The notes beneath the pieces are model-generated. The model was not told where the DNA came from and ran no database searches. It worked only from the letters and a program-made list of their open reading frames with translations. Below, in pieces: positions 1-9,600 of a DNA stretch of 16,113 nucleotides. Made by a program: the position numbers and the translations under genes. The stretch is taken from positions 1-16,113 of the forward strand of contig DAOOUC010000011.1 in the NCBI GenBank assembly GCA_035390665.1, written 5' to 3'. This DNA is from an archaeon. GTDB taxonomy: Archaea; Iainarchaeota; Iainarchaeia; Iainarchaeales; CSSED10-239. Within the stretch, counting starts at the first letter, position 1. Each line of letters opens with the position of its first letter.

Positions 1-1
1 C

Positions 2-1780
2 ATGTTAACAACAGGTGCAGGGGTAGCAACTGCTCGTGCAATAAAAAGAGAAATGCCAGGTGCATATGACACCGTAGATGAATTTATTAATCCAGCAATA
101 ACAAACACCACGGTAATTGGGCCACCAGGAGGGCCACCACTTGCAGGTAAGGATTTAATTAATTTTAATTCTCAATTAACTAATCAACACACATATATAT
201 CAAGATATGTAGGAACAAAACCACATAGTGCTGGTCAATTTGTATTTAATCCAGCAAATACTGCAGACGATGCATTTTTAAAAACAATTTTACCAAAAAT
301 ATCAGATAGTTCTGGTAATTTAGATTTGGTTAAATTTAATGCATTAGATCCAAAAGACTTATCTGACTTTAAAGCAGTCATCGATAGAGGAAGTTATCTT
401 GGAAAAAAAGGATTAATACAGCCAGATAAAGCCAAATTTTTAAGTAGGTTAGATACACACATTGCATCTAAAACTCCAAGTTCTTCTACAGTTGTAAAAG
501 AAATGACCGAAGATGTCTTGAATCAATCATTAAAAAGTGCAAAAGCTCAAGATAAAGCATTGAAAGCAAGAGCCGAAGCTGTACAAAGCAGACTAGATAA
601 AAAAACAAAAATAAAAAAACCATCTTTAAAAGCAAAAAAAGAAATATCTAAGCTTACAGATGAATTAGATGAAGTAAAGAAACTACAGAATGCAACTACA
701 GAGCGTTTAAAAACTTTTGAATCAGTTAAAGCAAACGGATCAAAAGGGGGAATTTATACAATAGATGATGCAGCAGCAAAAACCTTAAGTCAAGCAGATA
801 ACACAATTGCAACAATTGCAAAACCAACATCGAGATTAACAAAGTTTGGAGTTGGCGCAGGGAGATTTGCATCAGATTTACTTGTTATGTATTTCTCTAA
901 TAAATTAGCAAACGAGGCAGTAGATGTTTTAACAGAAGAAGGTCAATTAAATAATATGGTTTATGTAGATGACACAGTACCAATTAAAGAATTTAAAAAA
1001 CAAACCTGGTATAGAGTACAAATCTACAAATCAGAAAATAATTCATATAGTCAAGTATATACTTTAGAAGAACCAAATATAACTACAGAAAACATTATTT
1101 ACTATAGAACAAATACCGAAGTTGTAAAATTAATAACAACAGAACACCAAGAAGAAATGTATCAAACAAATAACCCTCAAACAAGTGATCCATATACTCC
1201 ACGCACAACCGGAAGTATAGGATTAAATACAGAGGATATAGCAACGATTGCAGAACTTCAAGCAAAAATGTTTCAAGAGAAAGAAAATCAATTAAAAGGA
1301 TACAATGATTGTTCTTTTTCTACAGTTGGTTCTGTTTGTAATAATCTAGATCCTCTTAAACCAAATTATTGTTCTGCATTTGCACAAAGAGTTGCAACAG
1401 AAGTTTATGGCATAACTTATAATCGCGGAAACGCATGTGATAGTGCAACAGTAAATTTTGGAACCAGAAATAAAGTAATTTGGCAAAGTGGAAGAGATTC
1501 AGATGAAGATTTTGAAAATTATTTAATACCCGGTGCAGCTTTAACATTAAGGAACTATGGAGGATCATTAAATTGCGATCCTTCTCATGTTGTTTTGTAT
1601 GTAGGAAAACAGAATGGATCGACACAATATATAATACATCAATGGGGAAATAAATCTCATCTTGAACCATTATTCCAATCACAAGGTGGAAGATTTAATT
1701 TATCTAAAAATGTTTATCAAATTGTAATTCCTGAAAACGGTTATACACTTTATGATCAATTTGTTACAAAGACAGCATAA
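2..1780 (+). CDS. Large protein with Lys-rich coiled-coil-like region and C-terminal papain-fold (NlpC/P60- or CHAP-like) domain; true N-terminus may lie upstream of the window
   Basis: Uninterrupted 592-aa ORF starting at the second base of the window. C-terminal part has the order ...PNYCSAFAQRVATEVYG...LIPGAALTLRNYGG...DPSHVVLYVG...YIIHQWG, which matches the Cys...(PGD-like)...His...His/polar layout of NlpC/P60/CHAP domains. Confidence 0.85.
   Translation: MLTTGAGVATARAIKREMPGAYDTVDEFINPAITNTTVIGPPGGPPLAGKDLINFNSQLTNQHTYISRYVGTKPHSAGQFVFNPANTADDAFLKTILPKISDSSGNLDLVKFNALDPKDLSDFKAVIDRGSYLGKKGLIQPDKAKFLSRLDTHIASKTPSSSTVVKEMTEDVLNQSLKSAKAQDKALKARAEAVQSRLDKKTKIKKPSLKAKKEISKLTDELDEVKKLQNATTERLKTFESVKANGSKGGIYTIDDAAAKTLSQADNTIATIAKPTSRLTKFGVGAGRFASDLLVMYFSNKLANEAVDVLTEEGQLNNMVYVDDTVPIKEFKKQTWYRVQIYKSENNSYSQVYTLEEPNITTENIIYYRTNTEVVKLITTEHQEEMYQTNNPQTSDPYTPRTTGSIGLNTEDIATIAELQAKMFQEKENQLKGYNDCSFSTVGSVCNNLDPLKPNYCSAFAQRVATEVYGITYNRGNACDSATVNFGTRNKVIWQSGRDSDEDFENYLIPGAALTLRNYGGSLNCDPSHVVLYVGKQNGSTQYIIHQWGNKSHLEPLFQSQGGRFNLSKNVYQIVIPENGYTLYDQFVTKTA
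1301..1753 (+). other. Putative NlpC/P60- or CHAP-like cysteine peptidase/amidase domain (candidate catalytic Cys codon 1370-1372, His codon 1586-1588, third polar residue His 1637-1639)
   Basis: Motif order C-x-A-F (YCSAFAQRV), LIPGAAL, SHVVLYVG, IIHQW read from the translation; a motif-level call with no profile search done. Confidence 0.6.
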
Positions 1781-1790
1781 TCCTTTATAT

Positions 1791-1812
1791 CTCTTTCTTT
1801 CTTTATTTATTT
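1791..1812 (+). terminator. Pyrimidine/T-rich tract between gene 1 and gene 2, possible archaeal-type oligo-T terminator or leader
   Basis: ctctttctttctttatttattt directly downstream of the stop at 1780 and upstream of the ATG at 1816; no Shine-Dalgarno-like motif before 1816. Confidence 0.3.
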
Positions 1813-1815
1813 AAA

Positions 1816-1905
1816 ATGAAATTAAATAACAAGGGATTTACTTTATTTACTGCGTTAATTTCTTTAATATTAGTATCTATATCTTTAGCTCTTGTATTTA
1901 ACATG
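1816..1905 (+). other. Class III / type IV prepilin-like signal segment; predicted cleavage between G7 and F8
   Basis: KLNNKG|FTLFTALISLILVSISLALVFN, with an acidic pair (EE) after the hydrophobic stretch. Confidence 0.65.
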
Positions 1906-3525
1906 ATTGCGACAGAAGAAACCTATTTAGATTTAATTCAAGATCAAGCATCTATGTCTGATTTAATAACAATGGGAGATTTAGCAAAAGCCGATGCATT
2001 TAATACTTTTTTAATTTCTTTAAGATCTAAATGGGAAGAAACTAAATCAGATCCAAACAATCCATTTAGAATACAAAGAAAGCACATAGACATGAATTGG
2101 ACAGAATTTACAGATGATTTTGTAAAAGATACTTTTTTTGAAAGAAATTTTGCAGGTTATTTTGCTCAATCTTTACTTTATAATCTAGAATATAAAGCAA
2201 ATCCCCCTGGTTATGCAATAACAATAAAAAAAGATGTTGGTTCGGTTAATGCACAAGGGGTTTACCAAGAAAATGAAAATTTTAATGAAATTATAGAACA
2301 AATATTTAGAGATGGCGGACAGAAAGTAAATATAGTAGATTGTAATCAAGATGGTGATGATTGTGTTGGTTCTTTCTATTTAACTTTAGATACAACAAAA
2401 TTATCTGACGAAAATTATGAGATGTTACCAATAATAACTGTTTTAAGATATAAAACAAACCAAGTTATTCAAAGACCAATATTAAACAGACAAGTATATA
2501 AAATATATATGCCATGGCGTGGATTTCAGGCATTTAGAGTGGTAAGAAGAATTGCATTGGGTGATGCAGAAAAAGAGGATTTTCCAGCAACATCAGAGCA
2601 GTACACTGGTTTATTTAACCCAAAACTTCACAACACTTTAGAGCAAGCAAGACTTGGTTATTGTGATCCAGGAACTTGTTCTCCTCGCCCAAACTTTTTT
2701 CAAACACCAACAAAAAAAGGATTTGATAATAAATGTAATCAAGTTCCTACAACTTCATTTTCAGGAGGTGTACCGTCAATTCTTACAGGAATATCTCTTT
2801 CTGGAAATTATGATTCAAAAGATGTAAGCAACATGAAAGAACAATTTAATACATTTTATGAAGCAGTTTTAAATCATCAATTACAATCACTTTCTGGTGC
2901 AGCATATCCAAATACCGGATTAATAATGGAAGGGAACACACACGGAGACCTTAATTTTATGGAAATAAAAGCAGAAGCGGAAGGTAAGGAAAAAACTAAA
3001 AAAATAATAGAGCAAGAAACTGTTTCAGGGATAAACATAGGTGATTATCCATCAACTACTTTTTCAGCATTACAAGATATTTCAGGAATTGCAGGTGGTA
3101 TTGGAATATATTTAAATGATAATAAATCTAGTTATATTTGGGATGAATATAATACCTGGTATTTACAACACAATAACAAAAGTGTAGGTGCAAATTCAAG
3201 TGCCGCAAGTATTAATTTTACTTGTGTTGAATTAAGAGAAACTGTATTATCTTTTAAGTTTATAGAAACGGATCCAAGATATTATGTAAGAGAAAACTAC
3301 ACAAATAATGGAATAACAACTCCTGTTTCAATAAATGTAGAATTAAGAGATACATATGCGCCTTTTTTCTTCCCTAGTTCCACAAATTTATGGAATACAC
3401 TTACAGCTGATGGAAAAGGGTATATTTCTGGCACACCTCCAGATCTTGAAGGAGATTTTGAAAATAAATGGACTTGTTATACAAAAGCCGATGGAGATGG
3501 TGCAAAGTGTGGTGTAGTGGAATAA
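1816..3525 (+). CDS. Large type IV prepilin-like (pseudopilin-like) secreted/anchored protein, 569 aa
   Basis: N-terminus MKLNNKG-FTLFTALISLILVSISLALVFNMIATEE: short basic leader ending KG followed by about 20 hydrophobic residues, as in class III (prepilin) signal sequences. The remaining ~530 aa match no family I recognise; several Cys, including a CxxxxC pair (GYCDPGTCSP). Confidence 0.85.
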   Translation: MKLNNKGFTLFTALISLILVSISLALVFNMIATEETYLDLIQDQASMSDLITMGDLAKADAFNTFLISLRSKWEETKSDPNNPFRIQRKHIDMNWTEFTDDFVKDTFFERNFAGYFAQSLLYNLEYKANPPGYAITIKKDVGSVNAQGVYQENENFNEIIEQIFRDGGQKVNIVDCNQDGDDCVGSFYLTLDTTKLSDENYEMLPIITVLRYKTNQVIQRPILNRQVYKIYMPWRGFQAFRVVRRIALGDAEKEDFPATSEQYTGLFNPKLHNTLEQARLGYCDPGTCSPRPNFFQTPTKKGFDNKCNQVPTTSFSGGVPSILTGISLSGNYDSKDVSNMKEQFNTFYEAVLNHQLQSLSGAAYPNTGLIMEGNTHGDLNFMEIKAEAEGKEKTKKIIEQETVSGINIGDYPSTTFSALQDISGIAGGIGIYLNDNKSSYIWDEYNTWYLQHNNKSVGANSSAASINFTCVELRETVLSFKFIETDPRYYVRENYTNNGITTPVSINVELRDTYAPFFFPSSTNLWNTLTADGKGYISGTPPDLEGDFENKWTCYTKADGDGAKCGVVE

Positions 3526-3552
3526 ATAACTTATATCAGTTAATTAATATTA

Positions 3553-3607
3553 GTTTATAAACCTTTTTAGTCATTAAATAATATATAAAAAAGGTATGTT
3601 TATAAAC
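3553..3607 (+). promoter_or_regulatory. Imperfect inverted repeat with duplicated palindrome GTTTATAAAC at both ends
   Basis: Arm 1 gtttataaaccttttt (3553-3568) is the reverse complement of aaaaa-gg-tttataaac, found as aaaaagg(tatg)tttataaac (3588-3607) with a 4-nt insertion. Perfect 10-nt palindrome gtttataaac at 3553-3562 and 3598-3607. Confidence 0.5.
3598..3607 (+). promoter_or_regulatory. Candidate archaeal TATA-box element for gene 3
   Basis: tttataaac about 52 nt upstream of the ATG at 3659, in an AT-rich intergenic region; the position allows a short leader carrying aaaaaaggt (RBS-like aggt 3647-3650). The overlapping TA-rich tract 3611-3636 is an alternative. Confidence 0.35.
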
Positions 3608-3658
3608 AATTATATTATCTATAATATAATATATAAAAACGAAAAAAGGTCTTAAAAA

Positions 3659-6600
3659 ATGGGTTTAAAAGAATTCTACTACAGCCTAGAAGATAAATAT
3701 TTTGAAATGCTTGATAATTTGGAGGAAAAAGGAATAAATCTTTATAAAATAATTGATCCTCTTGAGAAAAACGGAATATCTACTTTCCCTATTTTTTCGT
3801 TAATTGTTCTTGCATTAATTGCATTAATAATATTCTTATTAGTATCTAATTTTACATCAATTGGCTCAAATGAAGTAAGAATTGCTTTTTTTGATGAGAC
3901 TCAAAACCCAATACAAGACACAGATATTAAAATAAAATTAAATGGTGTTTCTGATACAGTAACTACCGACAATTCAGGTGTTGTCTATCTAAGTGATTTA
4001 GATAAAACTAAATTATATGAATTAGAATTAGATGATGCTTCTTATAAATTAATTGATAGAGATTATTATGATTTAAATCCAACAACAAAATATCATTTAA
4101 TTAATATTGAAAAAATAGAATATCAAAGTACAAAAACAATTTCTTTCAAAAAACAATCTGGGGAGTTATTATTAGAAGAATTAGATGTAATTTTTGAATG
4201 TACAAATGGGAATTATACAAGTGAAAATACAATAACAGAGGGATTAATTACCTTAAGTGATATACCAAAAGATTGTGGAAGATTAACAGTAACTATCTTA
4301 GGAAGAAACGACTATACTCCTAATATCCCAGAAGAAGGAACAGTAGGAGAAGTAAGATTTAGTGAAAGTATAAGTTATGGTACTCTTTCTATAACAGTAA
4401 AAGATAAAGATTCTTTGTTTAATTTAGCAAATGTAAATGTTTCTATTTATGATAAGGCAACAGATATGTTGATTGATAGTGATACAACAAATCAAAATGG
4501 AATAATGATTTCAGAAAGCGTAATAGTAAACAAGCAATATTATGTTTTAGTTTCTGATCCAAATTCAATATATTCTACAATTACAAAATCAGATTATCAA
4601 AATAATTTAATTTCTTTTATTCAGATAAAACAAGGAATGAATACTTTAGATTTAAAATTAAAAAAAGATATTATTGGTTTTATTGAAGTAAGAGTAAAAG
4701 ATAAAGTAACAGGTGCTCTTTTAGAAGGAGTTAATGTAAAATTATCAAGACTTGGAAACATAATGGATACTAGAGCAACAGAAGTTAATGGACAAGTAAA
4801 ATTCCCTATTAAAGAAAATGTTTCTTATATTTTAACTTTAGATAAGCCAGGCTATTTATTACAATCTCAAACTGCAAGTATTTCTTCAAATATTATAGAT
4901 ATTAGTTTAAGATCAATGACTGAAACAGGAAATTATCCTGCACATATAAATGTTGTTGATGGTGAAAGAAAAGGAATAGAATATGCCACAGTAAAAATAT
5001 GGGATGTTCTAAATAACGAAGTTGTAAAAGTTGTTACAACAGATATTTCAGGTAAAGTAGTAGTAAATAATTTAAATCCAGAAGGCACATATTTTGTAGA
5101 AGCAATTTCAGGTAAATTTACAGGAAAATCAAATAATTTCACAGTTAAAGAAAGAGAAATTGAAGAAGTTTATGCAATTGTAGAAATAGGTCAAGGGACA
5201 TATAATTTAGTAATAATGGATGATAGTCAAAATCCAATTTCTGCACCAATAAAAGTTTATGATGTAAAAAATAATAAAGAAATGGAAGAGAAAAGAACAA
5301 CATCAAATGAGAGCGGTCTTGCAATCATAAGCATTAGAGCAGATAAAACTGTATTTTTTAGTATTGAAACAGATCAAGGAAATGTAATAACAAAACAATA
5401 TAATGTTCCTGCAGAGAATACCTTTAATGAAACAATAATTATCCCTGCAAAAATTTCAAGTTCTTCAAACATAGAATTTATTGGTTTTTATAATAGTTCA
5501 GGAGAGATTGTGTCAAGTATTATTCCAGGACAAACTCAAACAGCTAGATTTTTATTAAATGTAGATAAAAAATATTCTAAAGTTGTTGCTCATTTAAGAA
5601 CAGGAGAAGGAGACACTTGTGGTACTAGAACCTATTCTGCAAATGAAGATTTTATTTATATTAAACAAGTAAGTTTTGCTGGAAGCAAAATGATTGGCTC
5701 TTTAGATTATACACCTTGCTTTGGAGAAACAAAAGATTTAGCATCAATTGTTACAAAAAACACAAAGTGGGTAAATTTAGTATTAGATAACCCAGTTGTT
5801 GGTTCTTATTTAATAGATGCAGAAATTGTAGTGTTAGATAGTGCTACAACAAATCAATCAATCTATTATAGAGCAGAATATCAACAAGGAACAACAGTAT
5901 TAAGAAACCCATTAGATGCAACAATCGGAACAAGTACAAGTTCTTCAACAAAGCAAGCACTATATGCTTATGCTAAAAATTTGCCAATCTTTGTAGGAGA
6001 TACAAGTAACTGTGATGGTAGTATTTGTTATTCTTTTGCATTTAGAGAAAAAAACACATCTCAAGATAAAAGAGTAATAGATAAATTTTCAGCAAAAGAT
6101 GGGACAGATTATAAATTTAAATTTAGATTTGGAGTTTTAAGACCAGTAAGTGATGCAACAATTAAAATTTCAACAACAGGTCAAACAATTAAATTAAATA
6201 GCTATACTATTAGTCCAGCAGGAAGCTTACCAATAGTAGATACAGAGTTTTCAGATATTGACATAGGAAGTATTTCAGCTAACGACATAGTAACAGGCGA
6301 AGTTGATTTATCTGTAATAAACGATATTAGTGATGAATTAGTAATTGAGATTAGCTCAAATGGAGACGCAGTCTTTGAAAAGAAAATATTATTTGATTTA
6401 AAACCTTCAAAGAATTTTACTGTAGAATTCTTACCAAAGATGGTTGTGCCATATATTCCAAACAATGCAATAATTGGGGTAATGGATGATACAAATAAAT
6501 CAGTAATGGATGCAAGTGTATTTGTTAAGATTAACTCAAAACCAATCATTGATGGAAAAACAAACAGAGAAGGTCTATTTACATTTATATTACCTGCAAC

Positions 6601-9600
6601 AAATATAAATGATGTTATAGAAATAAATGTAAGAAAACAAGGATATAGAACAAATACAATTAAGTATGTTGTTACTGAGAATATTATAACTACAATTCCA
6701 GAATCTATAGAACTAAATATAGATATTTCTCAAAATTATTCTACATCTACAAATATAATTTTAATTAATAATACAGTTTTACCATTATCAATAACATCAA
6801 TAAAAACAAATGTTAATTCAGAATATGTAAAATTAACAAGTGCATCTCAAGGTATGATATTTGAACCAAATTCACAGGTTGCATTAGATTTAACTGCAAG
6901 ATTAACCGAAGCAGGAATAGATTTAATGACACAAAAAACAATTAAAGGAACATTGTTGATTACTGTAAATGAATCAAATTTTGAAAAGAACTGGCAAATA
7001 TCTATTCCAATAACAATAAGAATTACTTTTGGTCAAGCAATTGATAATACCAATTGTTTAATTATTGATCCAGAAGAAACAGAAATAAGAATGACAGATA
7101 CAGAATATGCTTATAATTTAAATATTACAAATGATTGTCAAGTAGGAGAGGTTCCAGTTTCTTTAAATAAAATATTTATAGAATCAAATTATAAAGACAC
7201 CAAAAAACTTGGAGACTTTTATGTAGTTATTGGTGCTCAAGAGAAGAAATTAGCATTAGAAGAAAAAATACAAGTATTAAATAGTTTAGATGCTGGAAAG
7301 AAAGCAACTATAAAACTAATATATAAGATGAATAATAATACAAAAGGTGGAATATCTACCCCAGTAATAAGATTGACATCTAATAGAGCAAACATAAATG
7401 GAGTAGATACAATTGTTTCAGAACATTTGCCAAAGATAATTATAAACAATTATATCAATTGTATTGAAACACCAACAACTCAAATTATTGTGCCATATTG
7501 TGCACCAGTTTCATTATACAATAATATGTTTGGAATGGGCCCATATACAAATTTCTCACAAAATTTTGATCCAACAATGTACAATCAACAATCAACAACT
7601 ATTCCTGGTCAATCATATTGGCAATCAACAGCATATGCCCCAAGCTATGCGATGAGTGATTTCTATAATAATCAAAACTTCCCATATAACAATTTTACAG
7701 AAGGAATGCAAGGGTATCCAATGTCTGGAATGACAAACGGGCAAACAGGTTGTCAAGCAGCACAAATACAAGTTAAAAATAGTTGTTATGATGAAGTAGA
7801 ATTAAAGTTTGATTCATTAGCTGGTGTAATTATTAGTTCAGGTCAAGAGATGGCATTAAAGAAAGGAGAAAGTAAGACATTAACTGTTCAAGGTGGACAA
7901 GTATTAGGTGAATATAAAATTGCAATGTCTGCAAAACCAACAGATGATGCAATAGAAGAATATACTTTCGTAAAAGATTTGCCTGTAATAGTAAATAGAC
8001 CATTAGAGATATTACCTGAAAATTGTATAATTGTACCTAAAACAAAGTTTGATTTTACATACACTACAGATATACAAAAATTAATGGTAATAAATAGTTG
8101 TTATGATGCAGGGTTTGCATTAACATCATTAAGAATATTAAATCCAGATGTATTAATGATTGGAGATGTTCAATACTTCTCAATAGGAGATGTAAATGCA
8201 ACATTAAGACCAAAGAAAACCTACAGATATGAAGAAGGAAAAAGAATTGAAATAATGACTGTTGGAGTAAGAAGAAATCCAGAGATTGGAAGAAAGATGT
8301 TAAATAATGATAATGACACAACAGCAAAAACAATATCAAATCTAAGAAAAAATTACTTTGATATTGGCAATTCAATTAATTTAACAGCAATACTTGGAAT
8401 AAGTTATTCTACTCCAAGATTACAAGGTGGAGAGAAAGAAGAAGAATTAACATTTACAGATAATTTACAATGGTTAGGTTATGTTGATGAAAACAAAACA
8501 GAAGAAACAAATACAAATACAGACACAGGCACCGGAACAACAGGGACAGGAACAACACCAGGAACTACAAATGCAGATGTAAGTACAAGAATAAACATTG
8601 ACTTTACAACAGGGAATTCAAATCAAATACCTGCAGGTCCAGCAATAGAGTTTACTGAATTTGCATTAAATGATAATTCTGGTGCAATTGGAATATTAGT
8701 AAAAATTAAAGATTCATATTTAGATGATAAAAGTGATTTCTTTAATAATGAAACAGACGCAAGAGTTTGTTTTAATGGAGTAATTTCAGACTTTAAGAAA
8801 GCAAGTCCAAGTATTTTTGAGAAATTAACTGAAAAGTCATATATAGATAAAAACGAAAAAGGAAGAATACAAAACGGAGAAGTAATTTCAGAAATACATT
8901 TCTTTGAAAAAGGAACAATCTTTAAAGTTTGTTTAAGTAGACCATTAACTCCATTAAATACAGCAGATGGTAAATTTGATAGAGCAGTATATAGAGAAGA
9001 AACAGATGTTTCAAAAGAAAAAATATTTACAATAATGAATCCAAAATGGTGGATATTTAAAGATTCATCAGTATATAAAGTAAAGTTTGCATTAAGTGCA
9101 AATCTTGGAACCTTTGGTTACATTGAGAAAACAAATGTTCCAGAATATTTAAAAGACAGTCCAAGATTACAAGATGGAGAATGTCTTGATCCTAAAGGAT
9201 TTGAGAAATTAGGTTTTACAGGATCTAATTATGACAACTATGGATTCAATAGATTATTGTTTACATGGAATCCAGCAGAAATTAAACACAACACTTGTGA
9301 TTATGGATACATTTATTGTGATCAAGATCAATTAAGAATTGCATTTTCACAAAAAATGGATTATTTAGCAAATAATAAATTTATAGAATTAGATGGAATA
9401 AAATTCTTAAAGTCTGATTCTGTTGCAAAGATTGCAAAGAATGAATTATTATTAGATAAGAATCCATTAAATAAAGAATTAATTGAAAATGCAGTAAGTA
9501 GTAATGCAATTGATTCAGCAGAAGAAACAAAATTAAAAATAACAAAATTAAGAGCAATAATAAACACAGTTCCGGAGGCATTAAGAAAATACACAATTAT

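Noticed and set aside
1356-1682. Minus-strand 108-aa ORF opposite the papain-fold domain
   Set aside because: Antisense to the best-supported motif region of gene 1; composition typical of a shadow ORF.
3608-3640. TA-rich tract tatattatctataatataatatataaaaac considered as an origin-like or att-like element
   Set aside because: Simple AT-rich promoter/spacer sequence explains it; no flanking direct repeats, integrase or tRNA seen.
7464-7655. Plus-strand 63-aa ORF in an alternative frame (MKHQQLKLLCHIVHQFHYTIICLEWAHIQ...)
   Set aside because: Out-of-frame reading over the Asn/Gln/Tyr-rich region of the 2563-aa gene; no RBS and no plausible domain.
7499-8580. Low-complexity DNA (Asn/Gln-rich and Thr/Gly-rich coding stretches) considered as CRISPR or tandem DNA repeats
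   Set aside because: No constant-length repeat/spacer units; repetition is at the amino-acid composition level only.
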